Positions 28,671 through 41,735 of a DNA stretch of 64,000 nt are shown piece after piece. The position numbers were made by a program, and so were the translations under genes. The DNA lies in the NCBI GenBank assembly GCA_046563655.1, contig CM102286.1, positions 13,950,001 through 14,014,000 on the forward strand. Direction: 5' to 3'. The DNA comes from Yuukianura sp. NJ FZ-2021. Its lineage: Eukaryota. The notes beneath the pieces are model-generated. The model was not told the DNA's origin. It saw only the letters and a list, made by a program, of their open reading frames with translations, and searched no databases. Within the stretch, counting starts at the first letter, position 1. Each line of letters starts with the position of its first letter.

Positions 28671-31423
28671 ATGTCACTCTACAGCTCGTTGATTCTACTG
28701 CTTGTACTTTGTGAAAGTACAACAGTATTTTGTGAAACTGGACCAGATAGTGGTTTTAGCAACTCAAATTTTGAAATTTCAAATCAATCTTCAATTTTTG
28801 AAACGAAACAGCAGTTGCTCATTTCAAATGAAATGGTGGCCAAAGAGTTTCTGGACAAACTTGACAAAGAAGTGACTGAACAGTGTTCCAAATCAGCCTT
28901 CGCTGAATGGATTCATGCAACTGACATTACTCCCACGAACCGTGCAAACGCTGTAAAGAAACCAAACCCAAATTCTAAAATTCAAAATTGAAAACAATCT
29001 AAAATTGAAATTTGGTTTTAGGCAAAAGCTAGACTGGATTACATGAAATTCTGGAAACAGAAATGGAAGGAGAGTGAGCAGTTTGATTGGAGCAAGTTCG
29101 AAGATCCTTTAATCCGAAGACAGTTTAAACGCCTGTCTGTTTTGGGAACTCCCGCTTTGCCGGAAGAGGATTTGAAAAAGGCAAGTTTTTCAAAATTTTG
29201 AAATCTTCTCAAACAGCGTTTCAATTTTAAAAATAAAATTTAGTTCAATTCACTGAAACAAAAAATGGAAGGCGTCTACAGTACTGCAAGAATTTGCAAT
29301 CCTTCGAGCCTCAGTCAATGCAACCTAGCACTGGAGCCGGGTAATTCAAAATTCAAAGTTTTGATAACTCAAAAAAACGAAGTTTTTTTTCGAAATTTGT
29401 ATTTTAGAAATTACGGAGTTGATGATGTACAGCCGAAATGAAACGGAACTGAAAAGTGCTTGGGTTCAATGGCGTAGGGTGACAGGGAAAAAAATGCGAA
29501 AAGATTACGAAGCACTTGCGATAATCATGAGCGAAGTTGCACGAGTTAACAGTTAAGCCTTTCAAAAAAAAATTCTGAAATTTTCGTTTCTGAAAATGTT
29601 TTTTTAAATGTCTTTTTTAGAGTTTAGTAGTGTCGCTGCTTATGAAACTCGATCTTACGAAACTCCTCATTTTATTACCGAGTTGGAAAAGTTATGGTCT
29701 CAACTGGAACCGTTCTACCAGCAGTTACATGCCTACGTTCGTTTCAAGCTCGGTCAACGATACGGTACTGAGATCGTATCGTCATCCGAACCGATCCCAA
29801 GTCATCTCCTGGGCAACATGTGGGCCCAGTCGTGGGGTAATATCTTTGACCTGGTCGTTCCGTTTCCAAATGTTTCGAGTATCGATGCCACGCCGGCTCT
29901 TTTGGCCCAAAATGTCACGCCAACTAAAATGGCCAAACTTGCCGAAGAGTTTTTCGTGTCACTCGGCTTCCCGCGGCTACCCCAAGAGTTCTGGACGGGC
30001 TCTATACTGCAGAAACCCACCGACAAGGAAATGGTTTGTCATGCTTCAAGTTGGGACATGTGTGACCAAAAGAATTTTTGGTAATTTAAAAAAAAATCCA
30101 AAATTTTTGAATTTGAGATTTCGAAAATCTTTGCTCTTCAAGGATTAAACAATGTACGAGGATAAATATGGAGGATTTTGTGACTCTGCATCATGAAATG
30201 GGTCACACGATGTATCAAATTCAAGTAAGTTCAAAATTTTGTGTAAACATTTGAAAATCAAAATTTTGGAAATAAGTTGTTTTTGAAATCTCAGTACAAA
30301 TCTCAACCAAAAGTATTTCGAGATGGAGCTAATGCGGCTTTTCATGAGGCGATTGGAGACCTCATTGCTCTCTCAGTTCAAACGCCAAAACATCTTCAAA
30401 AAATCGGTTTTTTGAAAAAAGTTGAAGAGTCAAGAGAGGGAGATTTGAATCATTTGATGTTAATGGCATTAGAAAAAATTGCGTTTCTTCCTTTCGGCCT
30501 TCTTGTGGACAAGTGGAGATGGGGAGTGTTTGATGGAAACATTACTGCTGAAAACTACAATTGCGAATGGTGGAAGTTAAGGTACCAAATTTTTCAAAAA
30601 GATAAAAAATTTGAAAAACCAACTTTTTGAAAATGACTTGAAATTTTTAGAAATAAGTACCAGGGAGTGAGTCCTGCTGAACGGAGATCTGAAGATGACT
30701 TTGATCCCGGGTCAAAGTATCACGTTGCAGCCAACGTTGGGTATATACGGTAAGTATAATAATTAATAAAATAAATAATATAAATAGTTATATAAATGGT
30801 ATAATTAAGTATAATTATTTAGCTACTTTATCAGCACAATCATACAGTTCCAGTTCCATCATGGGCTGTGCAAAGTCGCTGGTCAATTTGACTCCACTGA
30901 TGAGACAAAACCACTTTATAAATGTGACATTTTTGGAAGTATGGAAGCAGGAGAGAAGCTCATGTAAATGAAAACCCAATTTGTTAAAAGAGTTTCACAT
31001 GTTTGTTGAAATTTTTCAAAATCTTTTGACTTTTGACTTTTTCCGTAGGAGAATGTTACAACTAGGGTCTTCCGTTCCATGGCCCGATGCCATGGAAATT
31101 GTCACTACACAAAGAGTTCTGGACGCTGGTCCAATTCTGGACTACTTCAAACCTTTAATCGAATGGCTTCTAAGTCAAAATGAACAGAACAATGTCACTG
31201 TTGGATGGACAATGCGTAACTTATCTACACAAAATTGTCAAATGTTCCCAAAAAGATTTTTGTTTTCAAAAATTCAATTTTGTTTTAATTTCTAGGCAAT
31301 CAATTGTGCTCCACCTCCATAAAGTCCAGCACAACCAAAAAATTCATCAGTTCGTATTTCATTATAGTCGAATTAGGTTTATTTTATGTTACCAAAAATT
31401 ATTTTCAGCACAAATTAATTTAA
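28671..31423 (+). CDS. Angiotensin-converting enzyme-like M2 metallopeptidase, single domain, signal peptide and hydrophobic C-tail
   Basis: [19 protein letters not shown], zinc motif [51 protein letters not shown]. Confidence 0.93.
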
Positions 31424-31559
31424 TTGATACAAGTGTGGAGACGTAAGTAGGAGCTTGAAAATTAGATCAATTTAGAACAATGTGTACTGATCAATGTAAC
31501 GTGTCAGAAATTTGACAGCTTTAGGTTATTTGAACAGTTTAAGGAAAAGAAAATAACTT

Positions 31560-32580
31560 TTTAAGGAATGGAATGACGGGGATTCGACTCACAAGAAACA
31601 ATGATGCGCAAGCGTGAGTTGGCCAATTTTTCGACGTTGGTTACATTTCTAAAAAAAAATGCACAACTTTATTTTTACAAGATGGACGACATTTGTTCTT
31701 TTCGCATTTGAAAGAGAATTGAAAAGAAGAGAAGGAATTACCGTTGATTGCGGTTAACATTTTATACAAAATCTTGTGGTCGTTTTTGATACCGTTCAGC
31801 ACTCGGCTCATTTCAGCCCGATATTCTTCGGCCTTCTTCTTCTTTTCCTCCGACATATTTCTGGACTCCTTGACCTTGTCTTCAGCCAACTCTAAATCGA
31901 GGTCAGCTCTTCCGCGACGCGTCGCAGCCCGCTCCGTGGCCTTCTCCAACAGTCGCACGGCTTCAACCTTGTCCCAGCCAGGGCGCATGTTCTTAAAGCA
32001 AAAAAGAGCACAATTAACAGATTTTCAAGGATTTTAGCCATACGATTTACAGTTTTTCTCAACTTCCTGAAGTTAGGAAACGAAAAAAACACGAAAAACT
32101 ACTTGGCAAGTTAAATCTCCGAAAAAATCATATCAAAAATGAAATGCAAATAATGCCGCACAGTTTTTACTTACTTTGACCAAATTACTTTGAGCCGTTT
32201 AACATCTTCTTTATTGTCCAAATAGTATTCTATGTTTGCGGTTTCTAGTTCTTTATCCATACTCGATGAGAATCGGCGAAACTTAAACCTAATTCCTACC
32301 GTACCAAGAATTATTGTCCTAATAAAGAGCTCACTTCTGAATTCAAAATGTGTGTGATTTGAAAACTTAACCCAGCTAAAGACGGACAAGATGGTTACTA
32401 GTATTAAGAAAATACAAACGACAATAACGCCCCTCAAAAAATGATTTTTTTCTTTAATCTTTAACATTGTAAGCTGATTTTATTCTATGTAGTTAGTTTA
32501 CCTTTTGTCCTTCGTAGTTAATTGGTTTTGTTCAACTCCAACAAGAGTCCAGCAGCAGATATCAAAGTAATAAAACTTAC
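31560..32580 (-). CDS. Uncharacterised small membrane protein with a coiled-coil segment (multi-exon, boundaries uncertain)
   Basis: Exon-like ORF pieces with a TM segment (GVIVVCIFLILVTILSVFSW) and a charged helix (KVEAVRLLEKATERAATRR...EEKKKKAEEYR) separated by T-rich GT-AG introns. Confidence 0.4.
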
Positions 32581-33330
32581 TTGCTTTTGATGATTGGTTA
32601 GGTTACTAACAAAACCGTCGACGTGATCTGAAAGAGAGAACTGATGGACTGTGGTCAAGGGCCAATAAAATCCCGTTTTCTTTGTCGTCGTGGCAAATTT
32701 CAGCCCTTCATGAGTCCCTAAACCTTGAACTTTTCAGTTTATATTTCTTTAGTTTGTAGTGAGTCCTTTCTCCTTCAGATTCTGCTTCTCCCCGATTTCG
32801 TTTCAAAATTTGAGGTGACAAATGACTATAGGAAGTAACAATAGTTGAAAAAAAATTAACATTTGTTGCTTAATAGAATGCAATTGAAAATGTTTACAGT
32901 ACCAAAAAGTAAATATAATATAATAAATAAAATTAATATAATAAATCGACAAAGTGTAATTGAATTAATTGCCAACTTAACTTTTTCCAAGAATGAGTTT
33001 GAACTTTTTGACCTAATTGTAGTAACTTAATTGTTCACACCACTCCATTGGTTCAAGGGCATGAAAAGTTATTATCAGATCCAATTTTTAACATGCTAAA
33101 CATTAAACACGAAATGTCATTTTTATTATACTTGGTCGCACTAGCTGAGACGTAGCTAAATGGTCCAACAATTTAATTACTTTGAATTCAATTTTTATTG
33201 ATCTAAATGGCAAACGAGCCAAACATTTCGGTTCATTCCAACTGTAATTCTAAACAATGATTGCAAGGAGTTTAAAGTTTAATTTTGAGTTTTTCATTTG
33301 CTAATTCACGTTTGTCTGAATAAGACAGTC

Positions 33331-34133
33331 ATGAACTTGTTTAACCAAGGCTACAACTACTGTTTCTCCAGTGAAGCACTACCAAACTTACAATTTCAAA
33401 AATGTGAAGCTGTTGGCGGGAATAACGCAGCATTCCAGCAGCATCAACCTCAAAATAATTTTTGCCCAATCGGATCCCTTCAAGCGCCAAATTTTGAACT
33501 GAATCCAGCAAACGGTGGTGGAATAGGAATAGAATCATTTTGCGATCCTCAGAGCGGTAAATTTTGAAAATAATTTTTGAAATTAAAATACACTCGAATT
33601 TGAAATTTTGAATCTGATTTTTTGAAACTTTTTTTCATTAGAATATGACGACTACGACACAAAAAGCGTCGCTTACAAACGCTTCAAACGCAATGATTAT
33701 TTGATGAAGAAGATTGTGTCTCCAGTGATTGTTTCCTCGACGCTTCCAGTGATGGAATCCAAATTAATCGTAATGCGACGTCAAGTGGAAGCTCTCCAAA
33801 TGTGTATTGTGAGTTAAAAAAAATTATTCAAAATTTCAATTAAAAAGCTACAACTAAATATTTTTTCAAAATTCTTTCTGATAGGAGAAGGAAAACGAGG
33901 AAATCGCTGAAGTGAGAAAGCGGAACGCAGCAGCGCTGGAGGATTACAGCACGAAAAAAGCCGAATTTGATCAAACTTATAAAAAACTGAGTCGTCCAAT
34001 ATCGGATGCCCAAATTACAAAATTTAGTAACTACATTTACAATCGGTTGCAGTCGAGACGCCTCGAGCGTTTGAACGCTCAATTACAAGATCAGCAGGTT
34101 CAAAATGCCCCAAGTGAGGAACAACAAAACTAA
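33331..34133 (+). CDS. Divergent SMARCE1/BAF57 (BAP111)-like protein, NHRLI plus coiled-coil region only; about 213 aa, exons 33331-33556, 33642-33808, 33885-34133
   Basis: DPQSEYDDYDTKSVAYKRFKRNDYLMKKIVSPVIV...MRRQVEALQM...EFDQTYKKL parallels the recalled BAF57 segment [35 protein letters not shown]...LKRQVQSLMV...FNNELKRL. Confidence 0.6.
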
Positions 34134-34306
34134 AATTGACGGGAAAATTTAAACAGCAAATAATTTTTTTTCCTTCTATACTAAAAATCTTGTTCTAAAA
34201 ATCTAAAAGTTCTAAAAAAAATCATAAAATCCAGAAAAGTACTGAAGATTAAACTTGGAGATTCAGACTTGAAAATTCTTGTTTTGCTACCCAAAATTGC
34301 AATTTT

Positions 34307-35424
34307 TCAGAATAGTCCAGCCTGAAGTTGCTGGACAACATCGAGACTCTTGATACGTGACATGTTGCGGTCAATTTGTCTCAAAGATGTCCCGAGTGAG
34401 GTCAAGGTCAACTCTTCTGACGGGTCACCCTCAGAAGTCGTTGTGCTGTGACCCGAATCTATCAAAACCTCTTTGTTTCTCTTCGGAGACGAAAAAAACA
34501 CACGTTTGTCCGCTGGTGGTCCACCTCCAACACTTTTCATTGTCAAGTTGTACATCATCTTAAAATTTTAGTCCAAAATCTCAAAGTTTAGTAATTTCAA
34601 AAACATCATTTTTTGAAAAAATGAATGACTGACCTTCAGAAATTGTTCAAAGTCGATTGATCCAATAGATTCTGAATCTGCCGCTACAAAGTGTACTCGT
34701 CTCTCCTCTTGTGGCGTTTCGTCTCCGTATTCATCCAAAGTACTTTCACTTTAAAAAAATGAAAGTTTTTTAGAATTTTTGAAATTGAAAATGGCGGGTA
34801 AAATTACAATTCTGGAAAATCCACAAGCCCGTCTCCTCCTCTGTCGAAAATGAGAAATAGCGAATGCAGTCGAAGAAAAACTGCGCGACTCCATCCAGGA
34901 AATTCGTCCAAATTCATTTCGTCAACTCTTTTGAGATTGTTCATCTCCTTGGCTTCCAGACGCTCCTCAATGACCTCGCGGTAAGGTTCAAAAAGTTCAG
35001 GCAAAAAGTTGACCTTGACCTCTAGTGCCTCCGGGGTCAACTCTCCAATGTCACTGAAACTACTGCCCCGCTTTCCTGGAATCCAGCAAAAACCAGTTTG
35101 AAAAAGGCGGGAAATATTTCAAAACACTTAAAATTCAAATTTACCGGTTCGGGTATGGTCGTACGGACGGAAGAATGTGATTGGTGGTTGCTGAATTGGA
35201 AAGCGGAAGCTGAACACATATAGGCATGCGCGGAAGAATTTTTTTGCCCACTTCGCACAAGAATTCCCCTTAGGCACTGTAATGTCAGGAGCAGTGACGT
35301 CATCTGGAGAGTCAGCTGATTCCGGATCAGGGCCGTCACCAATTCGGTCAAAGTCTAAGTTATCTACTACGACTGCGTTGGATTCAGCGGCAGTCGGTGG
35401 CGGTGGGCCACTGTTTGGTTCCAT
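34307..35424 (-). CDS. EF-hand calcium-binding protein, multi-exon
   Basis: EF loops FLIFDRGGDGLVDFPEL and DSESIGSIDFEQFLKMMY; GT-AG introns. Confidence 0.75.
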
Positions 35425-35737
35425 TTTCAAATCCAAAGGTCAGAGGTCACGAGATCAGCTGATTTCAAACTGGTCGTGGAACTTCACAGTCTTCAAAAAA
35501 AAAGTTTTGAAAAAAAGCACAAAACTTATTTTTGAAGTTGTGAATTAAAATCCTGAACTTGTTTCCCTAGCAACAAAAGCAGAGTAAAAAAAAAATAGAA
35601 ACAGAAATTATTTAATTTGCCAGTGTGTGAGCGAATTCGCCTGGGTTGCGTCGGAAGTTTTTGCTGTTTACAGGCCAATAACGACAAAGTAGTCAAGCGT
35701 TGCGTCAAAAAATTTTTGGCTGCGACAAAAACCGAAA

Positions 35738-36757
35738 ATGTCGCAAAACGACGCTAAAGTTTCTCCGGAAGAACTGGTTCCGGAAAATAACGAAGCGAAA
35801 TCCACAACCGCTGGGAATGTTGGTCCGAAAAAATCGGAAAAGTGGAAATTTTTTAACCGTTTCGCTGGTCTCCCAAATTGCTTCCTCTGCATCAAGATTG
35901 AGCTAGCAATTTACATCGCCATTGTCTTCTGCTTGATCGTAAGACTCCAAAAATGTTATGACCTTTGACCTCTGTGACCTTCGACCTCAAAAACTTGTTT
36001 ATTTTTTGTAACAGGTTGACGTTACACTCATCGCTCTGTGGAGTACGTATCGTCACATTTGGGTTCAAGAAGATGATCTCATCTACCAAACCGAAGCAAC
36101 TAAACTCAACGGTAAAGGTTCAATTTCTTCTTTCAAAATTTTGTCAATTTTCAAACTTTTTCAAAATTTCAATTTTTTTTTTTGTTCTAGGCGAATTGGT
36201 TGCAATGCAAGTCTTCTGTTTCGTGTCCAACATTTGTTTACTTTTTGGAATCAAACTTGTACGTTCTAATTACCGAATTTTCAAAAAGGCTAAAAAGTGA
36301 CTAAAAATATTCAAAAATTAGCCAATTTGTGTTCAAATTTTCGTTTACTTTCTAGCGCTTCCCACTGCTCTGTCTGTCCTGGGTGACTATTCGTCTGATT
36401 TGGTTCTACTACGCACTCGTTGCTTGGATTCGCGCTCTCAACTTGGAACAATTCCTCAAAGGAAATGCTACTGAACCGATTCGATTCGACAAAGACGAAG
36501 ATCCGAAACCTTTCAACGAAGACCAACTCCGCATTATCCGGAACATCTCAAAAGTTGTCATCTACTCGTACTGGCCAATCGTCATCATCCAACTCTACAT
36601 CATCCTAGGAACTTCTGTATTCATTTTCCAAATCATGGAAGCCAATGAACGTCGTCGTCGCTCAACTCCTGTCGGAATCTACGTCCATCCGAACCAACTT
36701 CGGAAACTGTCGGCACTCGCTGCAAGCGATACGGATCTTCCTCAGCCTCAACCTTAA
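35738..36757 (+). CDS. Four-TM membrane protein (LAPTM/DUF4728-like), multi-exon
   Basis: N-terminal CFLCIKIELA motif followed by four hydrophobic segments, including SNICLLFGIK...LLCLSWV. Confidence 0.6.
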
Positions 36758-37139
36758 ATCAAACTCCATCTACAACATTAATCTCATCCAAACAATTCCA
36801 AAAAACGCAACATTATTCAAAAACTTAAAATTTTGTTAAAAAGAATTTTTTATGGAAAAATGGAATTTTGAGTTTTGAATTTTTCCGCTGCCATGGCACT
36901 GTATTGACCCACAAAAGCTTTTAGCTTTCATTCAACAATTTAAAAACGAGTTGGGGCAACTTGAGATTTTTTTTTCTTCAGTTGCGTTCGACGACTCTTA
37001 TCAAACAGTCGCTTTCCTTTGCTCTTCTCCCGCTTCAAATTTTGAATCTTCCCGAACTTTTGAGCCAAAAGTTTTGACTGCCGCCACGTCTCAGGTTACC
37101 CCAGAATCTCACCTCTCGCGTTCACTTGTTTGCTGAGTC

Positions 37140-37634
37140 ATGGCTTCCATGATGCTGTTGACCATCGGCTGCTTCTGGCTCGTCGTCACCATGACCAGCA
37201 CGTCTGCGCAGACGCTGGGTCTCGATTTGCACGAAATCGTTACACCAGCAGCGAAGTTCCGCTACACAGACGCCTTCGCAGATCGAACTTGCAGCGACGA
37301 CGAGAAAGAAGTTATGGAGAGACTTGTTCTTAACTGCAAGGAGTATACGCGGAGGTTCAACGGTGACAAGAGTGCCTTCCTTGGTTGGCTTCGTGACCAA
37401 CGGTACATGAATGGAAAATTTGAGTTGTTGCTTGAAGCAGAGGCAGCCATTGACCAGTGCTGCGGAATGCGGTCCTTCACTTGTAACTGTGACCGCATAA
37501 TGGGCAAATTCAAATGGTACCGCAGGGGAATTGACGATGGGGCTTGGTCCATGTCACTCCCATTCACGACGTTATTGGGATGCTGGATGCTGGGCTACTT
37601 CGCTCAACAAGGACTTATCCTCCCACGCAACTAA
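37140..37634 (+). CDS. Secreted/GPI-type small 6-Cys protein, family member 1 (164 aa, single exon)
   Basis: Signal peptide ending SA-QTLG; C-x14-C ... CC-x6-C-x-C; hydrophobic C-tail; paralogous to 38401-38904. Confidence 0.75.
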   Translation: MASMMLLTIGCFWLVVTMTSTSAQTLGLDLHEIVTPAAKFRYTDAFADRTCSDDEKEVMERLVLNCKEYTRRFNGDKSAFLGWLRDQRYMNGKFELLLEAEAAIDQCCGMRSFTCNCDRIMGKFKWYRRGIDDGAWSMSLPFTTLLGCWMLGYFAQQGLILPRN

Positions 37635-38400
37635 AAGTTCAAGTACACAAAGAAATTAGACGCTAGTTAAGTTAATTTGTTCAAGGTCAAGTTAATCAAT
37701 AGTTAATAGCTAAACAAGTTTAAATTATGTAAACCAAAATGTTAGACATTTATGCTACAAGTTACATAACTGTTTCATTACTTATCTTTAGATAGCATAA
37801 CATCATTACATACTAACATATGCCTGTAAATCTTAGGTTTTGATGTAAAACTATCGTGAATGTTATCAAACGTTTTTAGTTCTATTGTAAACGTTTTCTG
37901 AAAAAATAAATAAATAAAAAAGTTTATAAAAAAAATACTTGTCTATGATACTGCTTCAAAACTGTCTTTGAAACGAAATTAGCTTTTGGAAATTTTTGGA
38001 ATAATTTTGAAAGAAACACAAAAATAAAACGAGAATTTTAAAATAAGTTATAGTCGTAAAATTAGGCATTTTGAATTTTATGTGTCATGGCAACATAAGT
38101 GGCTCACATTTTCGTTATAATAAACTTACAAAAGAAAATGCTCAAGTTTTTCTATTTTTATGCACAAAAGTTATAAACATTTCTGTTACTTTTTGTGAAT
38201 CTCGTGATTCAATTCTCCCGCTTTTTTTAGTAACTTTGAATTTGATTGTTCATAGATGTCTGAGTTTTTTTGTAAAGCGTGAATCTTCCAGAACTTGGAC
38301 TGTGGCCTGCCAGTGTGCTCAAGAGTCACGCGACCATGAAACAGGCTACACCTCCTCCTGAACCGAAAATTTCCACTTTCCCGCTGAATTTGAACCTCAG

Positions 38401-38904
38401 ATGACTCAAATCCGAGTTTTCTGGAATGCTTGCCCTATTCGTTTCTGGTGGCTCATCTTCGTCATCCTGACTGAAACTAAAGCACAGACGCTTGGACCCG
38501 GTTTGGAAACAGATACTAAGACACCACCGTCCATTGTGTCCCTGAATTCAACGAAAGTCGGAGCAGAATGTACACCGGAAATGCATAGTACGTGGTACAG
38601 CCTCGGTCGATACTGCTATGAGATGTACTACAGTGGCAAAGATGTCAGCACCTTCGTCAATGACATCAGAGACAAACCGTACATGACATTCCGGGATCTT
38701 CTGGAAGCAGAGGCCATCGTCACCAATTGCTGCTACACGTATGCAATCGAATGCTCCTGTACCGGTATTGAAACGGTACTGAAACGGTTTCGTCGGTTTG
38801 AAGACGGCGGCAGTCGACTCCACCCCATACGCTTAACTACGTTACTCAGTCTCATAGTTTTGAGCAACCTGTTCTGGCAAGGTCAGCTAATTCGTCCACA
38901 TTAG
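38401..38904 (+). CDS. Secreted/GPI-type small 6-Cys protein, family member 2 (167 aa, single exon)
   Basis: Shares AQTLG, RD.(R/P)YM, LLEAEA, identical Cys spacing, DGG/DGA before the hydrophobic tail and a QG.LI.P terminus with member 1. Confidence 0.75.
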   Translation: MTQIRVFWNACPIRFWWLIFVILTETKAQTLGPGLETDTKTPPSIVSLNSTKVGAECTPEMHSTWYSLGRYCYEMYYSGKDVSTFVNDIRDKPYMTFRDLLEAEAIVTNCCYTYAIECSCTGIETVLKRFRRFEDGGSRLHPIRLTTLLSLIVLSNLFWQGQLIRPH

Positions 38905-39151
38905 GTTGTTACTAAATTAGGTTAATTAGACTATAATTAATTGACTATTTGCTCAATTACTCAATTGCAGCTCATTTTACTCAATTTACTCAAATGAGTC
39001 CATAGTTGATTTAAGAGTTGTTAGTTAGGCAGTGAAGTTCAAGCAAACAGTTTAGACCATCTAAAAGCAGAATTACTATTAACATTAAGGTTTGTTGTAA
39101 ACGCTATTGTTCTAAATATTTTGCTAATTCAGATTTTAGTTACTTATTGTT

Positions 39152-41735
39152 CTAAACTTTTGCAAAATAAATTGCTCTGATGAGAATCCAGAGTTTTTTG
39201 GCTACCGAAACTGACGCTCTCTTTGGATAACCGTCAGCTTTTCTCAAAACTTTTCCAATGGCGCTGTAGATGTCAGTAGCAGCGATTACTCCAGGCTGCA
39301 TGCTGCGCGGTATCATTTGAATTCCCCTCTGAGCCCTTGACTTGTTTTCGTCCGCTAAATCCAAAATCCGTACCGACAATTTTTGAAGTACCGTTTCGCC
39401 GAGAGTCCACGGTTTCCTGTCAATCAAAGCTTGGAACTCGGTTTCGTTCATAAAGTCCTTCGGAACGTAGCAGCGTCCAAGCGTTTCACTGTCAGTGACA
39501 ATGTCACGAGCAATGTTTGTAAGTTGCAGGGCCACGCCCATTTCTCGGGCAGCTCGAATGACATCTTCGGGGTTAGGAGGTAGTTGCCGCGGGAAGTTGA
39601 CGAACCAATCACGACTCTCGTTGGCCGCCATGAAGGTGCAGAGGACTCCAACGCTACTGGCAACATACTCGGAGTACTCTACCAAATCTGCTTCGGTTTT
39701 GACAGTTCGACCAGCAATGTCCCACTCGTAACCTTCACAAAGTTCGTACAGCGGTTCGGCCGGAATTTGAAACGCGAGTCGACTCAAACTTCTAAATGCT
39801 GCCAATTCGTCACGAGATAAAATGCCTACAAAAGTAAAAGTATGATTAGCTAAGGTGTCTAAAAAGTTATTAAAAAATTAGGCGGGGGAAAGATGACGTC
39901 ATCAGGTATAGGAATTGTGACGTCATCACCTAGAGGAATTCTGACGTCATCGGGAGAGTGGTAGCACGTTATCAGGTAGAGGAATTATGGCGTCTTCGGG
40001 TAGAGGAATTCTGACGTCATCAGGAGAGTGGTATGACGTTATCAGGTAGAGGAATTATGACGTCATCGGGAGAGGAATATGACGTTACCAGGTAGAGGAA
40101 TTGTGACGTCATCAGCAGAGGAAATGTGACGTCATAAAGTACAAAAAAGTACCTTCGTAGTAATTCCAGTCGACCAGAACTTTTTTTGAGTCCGAATTTT
40201 CGTAGTCCACAGAATATTTGACTTGTGAATTTTGTTTTCGTCCCGCAAATAATTTGTCCAAAAAATTTCGAATCATTTTCAATTTTTCCTGCTTCTGGTC
40301 CTGGGTCAAGCAGAGGTCATCCACCATATCGTCCGTGACACGACAAAAGGCATAGAGTACGCCGAGATCTTGGCGTAGTGCAGGCGGAAACACATGACTA
40401 GCGGCCCAAAATGACTTGGATGCTATATGCAGCACGTCAAGTGTCCGACGCAAGTCTTCGATTCGTTCCGACTCCAGTGTGGATTCGAGTCGAAAGAAAG
40501 CGCACAACATTTTGAAGAAAACGTTTCCATGGAACTGTTCTGGAAAATTGTGGAGAACTGCATTGGACTTTTCGACTGCGCAGAAGCCTAGAACAACCAA
40601 GGCGCTGACCGTGAAGAAGAAAAATGCTTCTTCTATGGGCATCTTTTCACTTAAGTAGATTCCAACGACCGCTTTTGGGCTGACTGTCCATACGTCTTCG
40701 TAGATTGCTAAGTTGTCTGCATAGGCCAAGTACAGTGATGGTGTAACTATGCCAACCAACACACCCCAGCGACGCTGAACGACGTAATTTCCAACTCCGA
40801 TCCAGAGAAACGCAAAAATCGGAAACGTCCAGCCAATGACGCTGCAAAAGTAGAACGGCGGCGTTCCCGGAACTTCATAAATTTTCAACAACGAAAAATG
40901 CTCAAAATTTTTTTAGATTTAAAAAAATCCGTAACATATAATTTGGTGAAAAGTAAAGTGAAAAGGTTAAAGTGAAAAAAGGAAAGTGAAATTGCCAAAG
41001 TAATAAAAGATCGTCACAGAATGGAAAGCTCAAAAAGTGAAAAGATCAAAATGCCAAAATGACGAATTTTTGATGGTCGATTTTTTTTTAAACTTTATAA
41101 CTTTTAGAATTTCGGTCATTTTGACATTTTAATCTTATCACGTTTTGACTTTTTCAAAATGTGATCTTTTTCTACTTTGACCATTTCACTTTTGACTTTT
41201 CCATGTTTGATCTTTTCACTATTGACTTTGTTGCGTTTGAACTTTTGAGTTTTGACCAAATTACATGGAATCTTAAACTCTTAAGCTGTCTACTCAATTT
41301 TTTGTTAATTTTACCTGTGTTGAACCAGGAAATGACGGAGGCTATCATCATGAGCACTGCAGGGACCCAGCGAATGATGTTCGCCTTCACCGGAGTGACA
41401 TCCAGACATAGCCCAGGGAGTGACCAGCGGAGACACAGAATTGACCAGAACATGACCATGACCGTTTGGATGACAAAGAAAAAGTACTCTTCGACCGGGA
41501 GAAATCCAATGTTAAACAGACTCGCTTCATCTGCAAATGACCAAGCGCCTGACCAGACCATCAAATTGTCCCACGGTGTGGTGTAGATCAGCGCTAACGC
41601 TGAAATTATCAACGTCGTCACCCAAAGACTGGCGTTCATGAACGGCCTCACGATGAGCCAAAGGACAAAAGTCAATGGAATTGTGTACACAACATGGAAT
41701 GACAGGTAGGTCATATCCTCAGAAGTTCTCGCCAT
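39152..41735 (-). CDS. carRP: Bifunctional lycopene cyclase/phytoene synthase of fungal type (CarRP/CarRA/Al-2-like), about 604 aa; exons 41315-41735, 40153-40872, 39152-39825
   Basis: Cyclase repeats YTTPWDN, PVEEYFFFVIQT, PIEEAFFF; synthase ASKSF, LYAFCRVTDDMVDD, YSEYVASSVG, MGVALQLTNIARDIVTDSETLGRCYVP; spliced ORF of 1815 nt with no internal stops. Confidence 0.96.
39890..40136. repeat. Intronic minisatellite, 11 units of 22-24 bp, each centred on a CRE-like core
   Basis: Consensus about GGTAGAGGAATT(G/C/A)TGACGTCATC; perfect TGACGTCA at 39894, 39918, 39942, 40012, 40058, 40104, 40127. Confidence 0.9.

Noticed and set aside
37140..38904. Calling the 6-Cys proteins insulin-like peptides
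   Set aside because: Cys spacing (x14; CC-x6-C-x-C) departs from insulin (x11; CC-x3-C-x8-C) and they have GPI-like tails.
39890..40136. CRISPR-like array
   Set aside because: Units are contiguous with no unique spacers, there are no cas genes, and the context is a eukaryotic intron.
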